A stretch of DNA of 63,997 nucleotides, the filler included, from Ionaspis alba (taxonomy: Eukaryota), in the NCBI GenBank assembly GCA_964255285.1. It is 3 parts of 3 records of this genome, joined end to end, with 100 filler letters (N's around TTAATTAATTAA, not from the genome) between each part and the next. Parts side by side here need not be neighbours in the genome. Positions count along the whole stretch, not along the records: positions 1 to 22,879 come from CAXUUL010000194.1; 2 more parts are not named here. One strand, written 5' to 3'. Made by a program: the position numbers and the translations under genes. Every line of letters begins with the position of its first letter. Position 1 is the stretch's first letter. The notes beneath the pieces were generated by a model, which worked only from the letters and a program-made list of their open reading frames with translations, ran no database searches and was not told where the DNA came from. Below, one piece after another: positions 1-13,900 of the stretch.

Positions 1-176
1 AAAGAGAGAAAAGGTAAACGCTATCATAACCCCAATTATATACAGTAGCTCCGCCGCTGATGCCTGTCCTGTCGTACCAGAGTATCATTGCCATGCCAAA
101 GCAAATTTATGGTTCTCTTCCACCAAGTGTAGAAGGCACATCAAGTTTTATAGAAGTACAACCTCAAGGGCATCCA

Positions 177-2102
177 TCAAAACCAACTATCCGTCTGCCT
201 CACCGTCCGCGGCGGCGATGTCCACGCCGGCTCCAACACCGGATGATGCTTTGAGACAGGCAAGAAGAGTTCCGACGGTATTCGAGGGACAGGCGGTAAA
301 GACTTGTTCATCTGAAGCAGTTTATGATCTCTCTTGGCTACCGCGTCGCCGTCTTCATCGCTGCCCTCGATGGTCGAAGGCTGTGGCGTTCGAAACCTCT
401 TGGGTAGCACCAGGCTTTCTTCGCTAGGTGGTGGCCGTGCAAGAGAGGTTTGTCGACTGACAGACTTCCCATCAAATGCTCGACTGGGTAACCGGAGGGC
501 CTCCGAATTCGTAACCGAGCTCGGGTGTGCTTCGCTGATACGCATACCAATGCGCACAGTTGCGCTTTCAGATTCGTCCCTAGTGTGTCGTGGTGTGAAC
601 AGTGCTGGAGGTAACATCGTGACTTCGTCGTCTTTGGACGATCCATTCGTACTCAAGGAGATACGCCTTTCCGAGGCGTGTGTGGGGTAGAAGGAATAGC
701 TCGCTTTAGATTGATGGTGACGCTGTGCTGACTGAGTGGGACGGGATGGCGGCTCCGATTGTGAAGTCAACGGTGCACTGGCGGCGGGGAAGATGTCTTG
801 GATGCGAAGATTCCTTGGATTTTTCGTCGATCGCGTAGGTGACATACCGTCCTCGTTGTTAAAGACAACATGCGTATCAGTCATGCTATCTGACCGAAGA
901 AGAGGAGAGAAAATATGTCCGCTCATGTTAAGGTCGCTTGGACCGAGTATGCGTATTCCTCTGTTTTCTGTCCAGGGAGCTTCTCGGGGTCGAATTGCCA
1001 TTCTTTCGGAATTAGCACGGAGGAAGATATGAACAGCTGCATGTAGAAGGCCGCTGAGGACCAGGGCAATATTGGCTAGGTTTGCGGTTGTATTTACGCG
1101 TCCGAATAAGAGAACTTTAGTATAATAGGGTATGACCAGTGCCTAGTTGTGCGTTAGTCGTCACTCTTGCTCAAGAGGCCTAAGCAATGAATGTACCAAG
1201 ATTATAGTATTGGTACCAAGAGAGTACACGACCCTGGTAGCCGCAATCCGCTCGTTTCGATCCATCTTGATGGTACGCAGAAGTTGTGTGATAATTACCC
1301 ATGCACTGACAAAATGAGTGAATATTATACTGGCACATAAAACAACTCCGATCCTTGCATAATCCTCGGTCCATCGTACAAGTGATGCTGTGCATTGGTC
1401 GTTGGTAGGCAGTAGTAGCGAAGGAATCCAAAGTAGCACTAGCATAATAACAATCACAACAAAACAGATCCCGATATCTAGTTTTCCTCGTGGACGGAAC
1501 CTATGTCTCCGAAGGGATCGAAATACGGTTTCCATTCCAAAAACAAGTGCAGTAAGTGCGACGATCCATATTGCTGCATCACATATTCAGTATATTGAGA
1601 TCTGATATAGGAGAATGAATAGTCCTACCAGGCCAGAGGAGCTCGGCCGTTCTCCTACACCCTGTTGCCTGAATACCGTTCATGCCACCACTCTGTATGG
1701 CAACGAAGATAGAGCATTGAATAATAATCGCGAAAGCCATGATAAGTGGGAAGACTTCGGCGGGGTGGATCTTCGGAAAGAATCTTTGCAGTCTCCTAGT
1801 ATTCGTAAGCGTGTGCCATGGAACAGCTGGTATCCTTGTGGCTATACTTACGACTTCCAATCATATCTATGCCTCCTGTCCGAAAGGAACGCATCATATA
1901 GAATGCTTACAATCACGAAAACAGCGGCCGCGATGCTGAACGCTCCCACGACAATGATGGCGATGTCATGCTGCTGGGTGTTCTTGAGCATCAATTCCTG
2001 GATCAGCTCCGACGGTGATTCATTGGAGCTCGTGTCATTGATCATGTCGAAGTCTCTATGAAAGCCATCGGAGTTCCTGCTGGAGTTATCCCAAGTCCTC
2101 AT
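177..2102 (-). CDS. Uncharacterised multi-pass membrane protein, 7 predicted TM helices and a long Ser/Pro-rich C-tail (~586 aa, 4 exons)
   Basis: ORF pieces join in frame through GT-AG introns at 1851-1796, 1628-1574 and 1196-1143 (the last has an ACTAAC branch point). Spliced length is 1761 nt, divisible by 3. Seven hydrophobic segments were read by eye. Confidence 0.75.
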
Positions 2103-3598
2103 CTTTGCTGCTTGTCACTTGAGTAGAGATGATGATCGTCGGCAGTAACAAACACTGTTCGGCGACACCTCTTTCAAGACAGAGGAAGGTTGGCAAGAAG
2201 ACGGAGCATGGTCTCAGCGTGTGGTAAGAAAATAAGTGGAGATCCTGCTCATGGTATTAAAAACAGTACCTGATCCAGTCAGGTATGAGAATGAGGAGCT
2301 AAAAACAAAGGACGAACGACGGGAAGGATGATGCTTTGAACCTGGCGACGCATGATGTACCAGAGTTGCTGAAGCACGGGATCAGGATCAAGGGCCTAGA
2401 TTGACCCCAGAATGGCACTGTCAAGGCACTTCCGGAGGCATGGCTTTCCATGAAGGTACGAATCGGTACACCCAAGGCGCGGCCAGTTTTCTGAAGGCCA
2501 AGAAGTTTCGTGGGCCACATGGCGAACTACGCCGCATGCAGTCCATTGCGATAAGGTTACTACGGGAAGACGGGTGCTGCCGATAGTGAGAGAAGCTTCA
2601 TGGTCAATCAATGGCGCGTAAGAGACGAATAGACTAGATGTATCTTGATGTGATATTCCAACTCATAGCATAATTCGACGTGCTGTTCAGTGCGAAATCA
2701 ATTAATCAATCAATCAACCACAAACAGTCCAATATCATGTCGTCAACACTGTCACTATTACAAAACATTTAGGATAAACCCATTTCAAATTGATTGGCAT
2801 ACGCAACAATGCAGCATAGAGCGTTATTGATTTGGTGAATATGTGGGTGTGCATGAAGAGAAAAATTGCCTGAAACCAGCAGGAGGCCAGAAATGGTTTC
2901 AAGTTGCCATAGGGCTGGCCACACAATTCAGTCTTGGCTAGAGACGCATAAATCTGTAGGATTTCGTACTTATCTAATGATGAGTCTCTCCATCGGTAGG
3001 CGGGTGCAAAGGATTCCGTCGTTCATGGTGTGAGGTTTCTTCCTGTCATTGCAGGCTGCAGTCACTTTGAGTGACGTGGAGGAAGTTAAGGGTACAAGGA
3101 ATTTGATGCCATTCTCTCGAGGTCTGCCACAACCAACTTATCATTTTGGCATAAGCGCTCTTGGTTGGCTGTAGAGCTCTTTCGACGTCGTACGTTGTGA
3201 TACCTGTTATGGCTCTCTGACATGTTCTTGAAGTTCGAGCATAGGCAATTTCTCAGCTGAACCAGTGACACACACCCAGCAGAGCAAGGCACGAACAGAC
3301 GATCGAAAAGGATTCTGTTGAGAGTATCAGCTTCCTGGATCTAGCTGGCCACCTCCATGTACACTAGTAGTATGTGGATCAGTATTTCGCGTCCACGACA
3401 TCTTGTAAGTATAGGAGGGAGATGGTGGATGGTTGAGAAATCAAACAATCCCTCAACGGCGCGCATGACTCTACTAGGCTACTTTCAGCTTAGTATCTGG
3501 TCATTCTTTTTGTGCCTGGTCTGTGCTCGAGCTCTCGAAACCACAACTTCGAGAATAGTAACAGTCATCGAACATGCGCATTCCATTGCACCCACCCT

Positions 3599-6574
3599 AT
3601 GACCCTTAGATCACGTCTGAGGCCCTGGCTATGGACGCACCTTCGATTACGGCAACACGGCGGGGCAACACGTTCCGCTTCCTTGAGTGCACCATCCAGT
3701 CGTCTCGACCTCCAGGCCATCGATAAAAAATGGCAAGTCCGGTGGAAGGATGCTGTAGCGGTCGAGGCAAGGCAGAGACAAGGGCAGCAGGAGCAAAATG
3801 CCAAAGCATACATACTGCCCATGTTTCCGTACCCGTCAGGCACACTTCACATGGGTCACTTGAGAGTGTACACCATCGCAGATGTTTTGGCTCGTTTCAA
3901 GCGCATGCAAGGCCATGACGTTCTCTATCCCATGGGTTGGGACGCTTTCGGACTACCAGCTGAGAATGCTGCTATCGAGAGGGGTATCGACCCTGCTACT
4001 TGGACCAAACAAAATGTCGCAAAGATGAAAGATCAGTTACAGGCAATGAATGGAGGTTTCGATTGGAGCCGAGTATGTACTTTCTCATGGCCGGATTCTC
4101 CAGAATGGAGGTCCATGTCCTAGATGTCTCGATAGTTACTGGTTCATTATACTTACACGATCGTTTCTACCCTAGGAAATCATGACTTGTGATCCAACTT
4201 TCTACAAGCACACACAACGCATCTTCCTGTTACTGCATGAGCAAGGGCTTGCCTATCAAGCAGAATCAGTGGTCAACTATGACCCTGTCGATAAGACTGT
4301 CTTAGCAAATGAGCAGGTATGTTCAACGGAAGTATTAGATTGACTCAGTCAGACTGATACTGAAAGGTTGACTCAAATGGATGCTCATGGCGATCAGGCG
4401 CAAAAGTGGAAAGGATCGAATTGAAGCAATGGTTTCTCCGCATCACCAAATTTAAGGAGGCTTTGTTGGAAGATCTCAAGATCCTCAGCAAGGACAATCG
4501 GTGGCCTACGCGAGTCCTTTCCATGCAGCGAAATTGGCTGGGACTTTCGGAAGGAGCAACATTCAGATTCCGAGTCGAGGGAATCCCGATGAGGGGGAAT
4601 ATTTCAAATTCTGTCCAAGTTTTCACGACAAGACCAGACACCCTCTTTGGAGTTCAGTACGTGGCACTGTCTACGTCTCATCCACTTATCTCGATCCTGG
4701 TCGATAACATCCCAGCCTTGAGAACGTTTGTGGATGGTGCGTCATCCTTGCCTCCAGGATCCAAAGCTGGATTTCGAATACCAGGCCTCCGTGCAATCAA
4801 TCCTCTCTCAGCTCTTCGAGGGACGCCAGAGTACCTGCGGGAGACCTTGCCAGTTTTTATCGCACCATATGTCCTATCAGATTATGGAGAAGGAGCTGTT
4901 ATGGGCGTCCCTGGTCATGATATTCGTGATAACGAATTCTGGAAGTCCAATCAAGGTGATCAACCGGTTCGTCTTGTTATCGAGCCTGCAGATCCTTCGA
5001 CCACGGACCGGCCCGCTGCACCTTCTGATGGCGTCGACAATCAAGTCTTTACATCCCAAGGTATACTGACCTCAACGTGCGGTAGCTTTTCTGGAATGTC
5101 CTCTTGGGAGGGGTCCCAAAGAATTGTTTCAGATCTTGCATCGGCCGGTGACCACGCCGCGCACACCGAGACATGGAAGCTTCGAGATTGGTTGATCAGT
5201 CGGCAGAGATATTGGGGAACACCGATTCCCATTATTCATTGCCGCGATTGCGGGGCAGTGCCTGTTCCCGCAGCAGACCTTCCCGTCCTACTACCAAACG
5301 TGGATGGTGCTTGGTTCAAGAGCAAGACGGGCAATCCTCTCCAGTTTGCTGAGGACTGGGTGAACACCAACTGTCCTAATTGCGGCGGTGTCGCCAAGCG
5401 GGACACGGACACTATGGACACCTTTGTTGACTCGTCATGGTACTTCATGCGATTTGTGGATCCGCATAATGACCTCCAGCCATTCGCTCCCGACAAGGCA
5501 GATTCAAGACTACCTGTTGACGTCTATATTGGCGGCATAGAACATGCGATCCTCCATCTGCTCTACGCACGGTTCATTTCCAAGTTCCTTACGACCACTC
5601 CACTTTGGCCTTCCGGTGGTGGTCCTGAAAACAACGGGGAGCCTTTCCGCAATCTCATCACACAAGGCATGGTGCACGGAAAGACGTACTCCGACCCACA
5701 CACAGGTAGATTCCTCAAAGCTGAAGAGCTCGATATGAGTGATACCGTGACCCCCAAGATAAGGACGACGGGTGAGGATCCAATCATCACCTGGGAAAAG
5801 ATGAGTAAGAGCAAACACAACGGTGTCGAACCTACACAGTTCATCCAGAAGTATGGTGCCGACGTGACCCGAGCTCATATTCTTTTTCAAGCTCCAGTCA
5901 GTGAAGTCCTTCTATGGGAAGAGTCTCGCATTGTAGGCATCCAGCGCTGGTTCCATCGTCTCTGGCGCCTCGTTGATTCAGCACCAAAACCTGTGCCATC
6001 CATCGCCTCCTCCCCAACACCTCCCTCTTTCACATCATCTGAAGCACACCTTCATTCCACCCTCCAGAAGACCATAGCCTCTGTCACCGCCTCGCTCTCC
6101 ACCACCTTCACTCTCAACACCACAATTTCAGACCTGATGTCATTGACAAACACCTTCGCTACCACCTCCCCCATCTCGCCCGCTCTCTACCACCAAACCC
6201 TTTCCTCTCTTCTCCGACTACTCGCTCCCGTCGCTCCCGCTTTTGCGGAAGAATGCTGGGAACAACTCCAACTTCCTCGGTCTTCACATTCAAGGCCTAG
6301 TATCTTCACGCAACCTTGGCCGACAGTGGAGGAAGAGATCAAGGTGGGGGAGAAGAAGCAGATGTGCGCAGTCATGGAGAACGGGAAGCTAAGGTTTGCC
6401 GTAGAGATCGCGGCTCCGCCTGAAGGATTTAGGGAAGAAGAAGTCAGGGAGTGGGTCCTAGAGAAGGTTAAGGGAACGGAGAAGGGAGAGAAGTGGCTGG
6501 GAGAAAGGAGGGGAAAACAGTGGAAGAGGGTAGTTGTCGTCAAGGGCGGACGAACCGTGAATTTCGTTGGATAG
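3599..6574 (+). CDS. NAM2: Mitochondrial leucyl-tRNA synthetase
   Basis: [13 protein letters not shown] (HIGH), [28 protein letters not shown] and KMSKS motifs. Arg-rich N-terminal presequence [11 protein letters not shown]. Introns 4073-4175 and 4317-4366. Confidence 0.95.
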
Positions 6575-6727
6575 ATGAGATCGTCCATAGACTTCCCAAA
6601 ACAATTCAATGTAGATATTATCCAGATTATAGGACTAATCCAGCTCCATCCCACTTCCCTAATCCGCTAAAGTTGCGCTCACCACACTAATTCTAAGCAT
6701 CTACTTCCACTACCTCCTACCATCCTC

Positions 6728-8459
6728 TCACTGCCTCTTTTTCCCCTTCTTATACAAAACCCCATGCGAAACAAGCAAATACTTCCCAAAGAAATCCTCC
6801 GCAAAATCATCAAAAGCCTCATACTCCGCTCCCAATCGATACGCCGCCGCAATCCCCGAAACACAAGCCAACTCATGCATATTCACCAAGGTCCAGCTGC
6901 CTGCAAACCACGTCCTATTCCTACCATTGATAAACATCATCCCTGGTACAACTCTCAAATAATGCTGCCAGCGATGACCCAACTGATGCCACCACTTCCG
7001 TTCAATGACCTTGCTCTCGTCGATCTGATCGATCGTCCAGAGGTGGCGCTGTGTTTTGTCCAGGAAGATGCTCTGGAAGACGTGGTTCTCGTACGGCATA
7101 GGTGCTTTATCCGCGTCATGGTCTTCGCGGAATTGATGCTGGTAATTCGTGCAATCGAAAGACATCTCAATCTTCTGTGGATCGGACGGATACGAATGCG
7201 TGTAGTACATCGGTCTGAAGCCACCCGGCTCGCCATCCTGACCCTTGGCTTCGTTTTTGGCGAATTTGATCTGAGCTTCTTGCGCAGCATTCTTGGGTGA
7301 AGCGCATAGAGCAGGGTCAAAGCGCGTTTCGTAGATCGACTCGAAGTACTTGCTATCAGAATGCGTGATCGTGATGTCGTCGTAGAAACTAGCGCCCCCG
7401 AGGACGAAGCGCTCACGCCAGGTAGCTGTTTTGCCGAGGAGCTTTTTCGCATCGTCGGCGAGGATGGCGAGGACCATTTCGTCGAAGGTTTCGGTCGTGG
7501 ATTCAGGACCCGTGTGTTCGCCTTGGCGGGAGCGGGCGTCGGGGTCGAAAGGGCGGGTTTGCAGGACGATGCCTGTTTTCGTGTTACGGGAGAGGATGGC
7601 TGTGACATCTGTGTTGAGGCGGATGGTGACGCCTTTGGAGGTGAGATCCGCGGCCCAGTCTTTGTAGAAGCGATCGAGGTTGGGGAAGGTGACCATTGTG
7701 GGTAGATTGGGCAGGAGGGTCGAGGGGTCGTAGTCCCAGAGTTTCATGTTGGGGTCTGCAAAGAGGCGTTCGAGGATGGCGCAGGAGACGTTGGCGGTTT
7801 GGTTACCTTCTGGGTGTGAGTCTTGTATATACTCGAGAAACGAGTGAAGTGGAAAGGGTAGGAAGGGGTAGTCTCTACCAGTTCCGAGAAATAGCGCTAT
7901 CAACGGAAAAACCATTTTGTCACCAAAGTCTTTGCTAAAGAAGAACATCCGCAGCATGACTTTTATGGGTACCAGTCCTAGTACTGGCATCGTCCATTTG
8001 ATTATCTTGAGCACCTTCCCAAACTTCTTGATATCTCCCGAGTATTGCTCCACCAGCGGACTTGGGAAACAATTCGTCCAGAAGCCATCTTTGCCCTTGC
8101 CAAAGGCAACCTGAAGCTTGACCTCCTGCGGTTCATGTCCGTATTTCTTGAAGAAATTGAAAGTATGTCTGAAAATAGGAGAGCCGCCTTGAACGCCGTC
8201 ATTCAGCCACGAGGCACCGTACTTTTCATTGTCGAGAGATATGGAGGTCGCCTGTCCACCGGTCACGCCCATTCGTTCGATAATGGTGACCTTGTATTTT
8301 TCTGGATGCTGGGCCAGCGTCGCTGCACAGGACTAGCGTCTTATCAGCAAGCACGGTTTGACTAGGAGGCTCTTGTGCATTTACCATTCCAGCTGCACCA
8401 GCTCCAATAATAACGACATTTTTCTTCTTGCCATTCTTCAGCGATCCCTCGAAAGACAT
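6728..8459 (-). CDS. FAD-dependent oxidoreductase (flavin-containing amine oxidase-like)
   Basis: N-terminal Rossmann motif VVIIGAGAAG and C-terminal WFAGSW...NMHELACVSGIAAAYRLGA. Introns 8384-8333 and a probable in-frame intron 7878-7807. Confidence 0.85.
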
Positions 8460-9057
8460 ATTGAAAGGTGAAACAGGCCCTCAGGAGCAGAAAAGAGAAT
8501 ATTAATGTACTTCTAATACAAAGCACGGTTTGCTAGTAGCTCCAGGGAAGTATCATTAATCGACATAGGTGTAATAAATGAGAATCTCATCTGAAGATAC
8601 ACAATGCCAAGTTATTTGGAGAGGAGAGGAGAAACACGATTCTATTGGTCGATCTCTTTGGATGGATGACGCACTTGAGCCAGATTGCCGAGATCTCGAT
8701 ATGCATGATTATGTGATTCATCGGTACCTCGGCGGAATCATGTCCGATGCGAAAACCACGACGTAGAGTTGCGCTTAGAGGAAGACAGGAAAACAAATCG
8801 TCCACCGTGAGCAACACTGAGCAGGCATTGTCAATATTGCTTCTTTTTTACGATTAATTAGAGTTATTGAAAGCTTAGCGAAGGAATCCGGCTGCATTTC
8901 GAAGGGCTTTTGACGCCTTCAGCCTCAGCTATTGGCTCGAGATGTAAACAATGTGGAAGCAATAAATCGTCTGCATAGCTTCGATCTTCTTCCTCACTGG
9001 GCTTCAAGGAGCTACGCTACCTGCCAAAAAACTATTGTGACTTAGCAGTCTAGGGAC

Positions 9058-10962
9058 ATGGACGACTCTACGGAAGACGAGGAAGAGTCTCAGCTGAAAA
9101 CGGCCATCGCACTATCGCTACAAGAGCAGACAGTGGCTGCAGCGGCTACCACCGCAGCCCTTACAGCCGACCCAGTCAAGCACCGCACGGAGTTTATTGA
9201 TCTTTCGGCCGACGATGACCCGATCGAACTCGATCCATCCAGAGGCGAGCCAAAGAGCACGGCCGTGAAGTCCAACGCAGCGTGCCCTGCATTCCTGGGG
9301 CTTGACCGCAAAGCTATGGAGCAAGAAAGGCTGGCGCGCAAGCGCAAAGCCCTCGAGCCATCTCTTCCCCCAGCCACTTCCGACAACCGGGTTTGCGATG
9401 AAAGCCATGAGGTTGTTGCAGCCCGGGAGTGTGGGACGTGCGCTTCAACGCAATCTTCTGCATTGGGTGACGATGAGACGCGAAACAAGAAAGCGAGGAT
9501 TGAGAGCCAGTCAGAAAAGTTGACCAACAGTAATCTTCAATATCCCAAAGGAATAGTCAAGAAGACCTGGGCCCTGGGCTTTCCGCGCGAGGATGACATC
9601 AAGATCGAAGAAGTGCTTGAACGTAGCGACCTCACATTAGCGGTGCTGAGCTCTTTTCAGTGGGACGTAGAGTGGCTGATGAGGAAGATCGATGTTGCAA
9701 AGACGAAGATGATTTTTATCATGCAAGCGAAAGATGAATCGACGAAGGAACAGTACAGACGGGAGACTGCTGACATGCCTACTCTACGACTTTGCTTTCC
9801 ATCAATGGAAGGACAGGTAAATTGTATGCATTCGAAACTTATGCTACTTGCTCATCCGTCGTATCTCCGTATTGTTGTGCCAACAGCCAATCTTGTACCC
9901 TACGATTGGGGCGAAGGCGGTGTAATGGAGAATATGGTGTTTCTTATTGACTTGCCGCGTCTGCCAGATGGCCAGACCACGTCGGCCGAAGATCTGACGT
10001 TTTTCGGGCAAGAGCTCGTCTCCTTTTGTCAGGCCATGGGCCTTCAGAAGGATGTGGTCCATAGTTTGCGCAGGTTTGACTTCAGTGAGACCAAGGAGAT
10101 GGCTTTTGTTCACACGATTGGAGGTGCTCATACTGGTGATGGTGAGCCATGGCGTCGGACAGGATATTGTGGTCTTGGTCGAGCTGTCAAGCAGCTGGGA
10201 CTGAGTACGCGAAAACACCTTGACATTGACTTTGTGACCTCCTCCATTGGTGCTTTGGATCTTTATTTCCTGACTATGATTTATCTTGCCGCTCAAGGTG
10301 ATGACGGTCTTCAAGAGTATGAGTGGAGAACCAATGCTTCGGGGAAAACCAAGGCCGGTAAGAAGGGCTCACGGCCAAACCCAGCAGCCCAAGTGGAAGT
10401 TGTCAAGACTCTCAAAGAGTCGTTCAGAATATTCTTTCCTTCCAGAGACACTGTTGTGAGGTCAAGGGGTGGCCCAGCGTGTGGAGGAGTAATATGTTTC
10501 TCATCAAAATGGTATACAGCTTCAAATTTTCCACAGGAAGTGCTTCGTGATTGCAAGAGCATGAGGCAAGGCATGTTGATGCATAACAAGGTGTGCTTGA
10601 TCGGGCTCGTTCAAAGTAGCGGCTGACGACATTAGGTGCTCTATGTTCGACCTCAGAATCATAGTAATGAGTTGTCTACATCTCCAACCGAAGGTGCCTG
10701 GGCATATATCGGCTCTGCGAATTGCTCCGAGAGCGCTTGGGGCAGACTTGTCTCGGTCAAAGGAAGCAAAGAGCCGAAACTCAACTGTCGTAACTGGGAA
10801 TGCGGAGTTGTTCTTACAGTCAAAGAAAAAGTATTTTCGAAGCCAGCTGGTGCCGGGTCCTCATCCAGAAATCTTGACGTCTTCACAGACACTATACCCA
10901 TCCCAATGCAGTATCCTGGAGCAGGCTATGAGAATCGCCAGCCGTGGTTCTACGCCGAATAG
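9058..10962 (+). CDS. TDP1: Tyrosyl-DNA phosphodiesterase 1 family protein with N-terminal ubiquitin-interacting motif
   Basis: Two HxK catalytic motifs (MHSKL, MHNKV), TANL, GSANCSESAWG and NWECGV. UIM-like EEESQLKTAIALSLQE. Intron 10591-10635. Confidence 0.9.
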
Positions 10963-13900
10963 TCATTAAGAAGATCTATCACAGCAGCTTGAAGTCATCC
11001 ACAGACTTCGAGGAAGACCTAGACCCTTGCGAGACAAGGGTGGTCCTCTCTCGACTAGATTTCGTCCACTAGTGGATTATGTCTCGGAATAGAACGTAAT
11101 GATCAATGCATTATCATGGAAGGACATCACCCCGACAGTGGCATTGTTGTGCCGTATGTTATCCCGTTCCTGGACGCAATAATGACATTGTTGTCCGTAA
11201 ATGAGAGATGGATCTGAGAGAGTCGGGAATGAAATAGGAATATGGATCCTGTGACAAGGAACGCACGGTGCAGATCATTCACAAACGTTCCTTGAGATCA
11301 ACGAAAGTGATTGGATCGAAGCGAGTTCACTAGCTGACTCGTGCGCATGTTGGTTCGATTTCATGGTCCGCGTCCACCAGCGCTACACAGAACCGTGTAC
11401 TTCGTACCAGTACCCTTTTCCGCAAGACTTTTTTGGAACAGGGTCCGGACCTGCTTTGGTAGAAGACGCCAACGTCGAGGATACATAATCTAACAGGTAC
11501 TTGCTGTACTTAGCAAGATGTAAAGGAAAATGAGATCATGATTCCATCTGGACATTCTGACGTCAAAGAGTCAACGTAATACGCATCCAGGCATTCATCC
11601 TAGCGCAGTCGACAGGTGCCAAAATTCGGGAACATGGAACAATGATCGAAATAGATACCATCGACAATCCTTACTCGCTCTCAGACTCCTTAAGTCCGGA
11701 GAACGGCGAGAGGAGATTAGATGGAAGTTCAGGAGAACTTCTCCCACGCCAAAGATCAAGATCGACCTTTTTAGTGACTTGAGTGTCAGGGAAGCGAAAG
11801 GAGGTGGAGGGGGGTGTGAAGCCCTTGAAAAGAGGCTGATCATCCGAAGCGATGGACGGTACGGTATCTTCGGCACTTCGAATGACCGGCAATTCGAACC
11901 AAACAAACATCAGACGCTACTTCCTGCTACTACCCCTGCTGCGGAACACTGGGGGGCAAAGTAGAGAGTCGTCAATAAATCCCCGTTAGACGATTTTTTG
12001 GTTTCCGTGCTGTAAGCATGTGTACGTATTACAGTATGCTTAGCCGCCTTGGTGAGGTGGTGGGATTTGCGGTGCATGCTTGTACATAATGTGTACTGTG
12101 GTACCACGCATGTATATGCGAGTATATTGTTTTATAGAGTGGGGGAATAGCAGGATTGATGTAGGTACGCAAAATCATCACACAGCGCACAAACCTGGAT
12201 CCAAACGACAATGTCTGTATCAACCTGCTCACCGATATGGAGGCCTACCCGATGACGCCTGATCAGGCGAGCGATTATTGCATCTGGGCTGGGGCAGAGG
12301 CGCGCCATCTATCAGCTTGCCCCTGTTCGGCACATGCATTTCGATGCCTCGATTTGTTGGCTGAAACCCCGAGACTGGCACGAGCGGTGCGCAGTGTGGG
12401 TAGAAAGTGGCTTGCAACATGGCGTCTTCTCCTCTCGCCACGACCACGATCGCCTCTCGCAACCTCCTCCGCTCCTCCAGTCACTCACAGAAATCCTCGA
12501 TCCGACGCCAGCCATGAATCTCAGCTGTGCCCTCCGTTGCGCGCAAGCGACCGCTTTCAGCTATTATTCATTCATTTGCCCTCACTGGCCACGAGTCGAA
12601 AATGGCCGCCAAGTCAGCGAAGGGTTTCGTGCTTGAGACTTTCGGCATTGGACGGCAACGCAAGGACACACATCTTCTTCGAGCTTTAAACGGGATCTTC
12701 CCTGTCCGTGGGGGAGCCAATGACCAGACCAGGTTTGCTCCTTTGCCCGCTAGAAGGACCCGTAGGTAGAGCTGAGACACTATTGCATGGCCACTTTACT
12801 CTCCGATATCCCGCCGAACAAAGATTACAAAACCACTGGAGCATCAATCCATGCAGATGAAAGCACATAGAGATGTCTACATGCCAACAATTAATAGGAG
12901 AGAACGAGAGGAGCAGAGATTCTAGTCGAGAGAAACCATGGCGGAAAGACAGGGCACGCAATCAGAAGGGGAGGCTCAGATGAGCAGTAAAAGTCGCAGT
13001 GTGCGCATGCAGTCGCCTTCTGTTGTGGTGCACATGCACCTGCACAGTTGCCCATCGTTTTGCTGCACCCTGATCGCACAGACAGCATCTCGAAATCTCC
13101 CTTGGCTTTTCAACGACCAGGGCACCAAGAGGGAGCAAATGAGAGTCCACGACAGTCTGACTAAGGAGGCTGGCGGACTACCGCAGCCTCTTCCACGTAT
13201 CATCGCCCTTTGCCATCACCAGCCCCAGTCACAGTCAAGCAACAAATCATTGTTGATTCAAAGGCGTTGCACGAATTGGCAGAAATTCCGGCTTTTGTAG
13301 GGTAGGAAGTGGATTCTCTTGCTTCATTCTAGGCGCAGATTCCTGCCTGGATTACTATTCTTCCGACATCCATGTAATTAGGCGAATCATACATGATTTC
13401 ACCATCAGTAGCAAGCTAAGGACTTGGACCAGGCGTACGATGTCGCCTTTCACTTCGGTGACATCGTTGAGGCAGTCATAGTAGTAGTACTGGTAATAGC
13501 TCGTAGCTCATCGTCTGCTGCCCATGTCGTCTTCTCATCCCCCTTCCCCCCCCTCCCGTCCCAAGCCCTACGCAGTTCCTTACCTTAAATCCAACAGACT
13601 TTCCCTGCCCTGCTTTCCCCATTCATACCTTCAAACCTTCCTGCTTCGCGTGTACGAGTAGGAGGACGAGACACGGCAAGGCTACCCACCCCGTCGACGG
13701 AGGATCATCACCACGATACAGGGGGGAAGATCATTCGAGAGAACGTTCGGTGAGTTACAAGCTTTCTTCTACTCGACCTTCCACGTGCTATGATTCGTGC
13801 TGGATCTATCTTCTCCTCCGGTTTGAAATGGTAATTGGCACCATGATTATCTGGACATGGATTATTTCCTGACAGCCATGTCTTGCCGTTATCGTGGAGA

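Noticed and set aside
7807..7878. Short in-frame stop-free introns (this one and 58790-58843)
   Set aside because: At 18-24 codons, being stop-free is common by chance.
6764..8365. Numerous antisense and overlapping ORFs over well-supported genes (here and throughout the window)
   Set aside because: These are shadow frames of coding sequence with no independent motifs.
11300..11380. GGTTCGATT...CCA, a tRNA T-loop-like sequence
   Set aside because: The T-stem and acceptor stem do not pair and no cloverleaf could be built.
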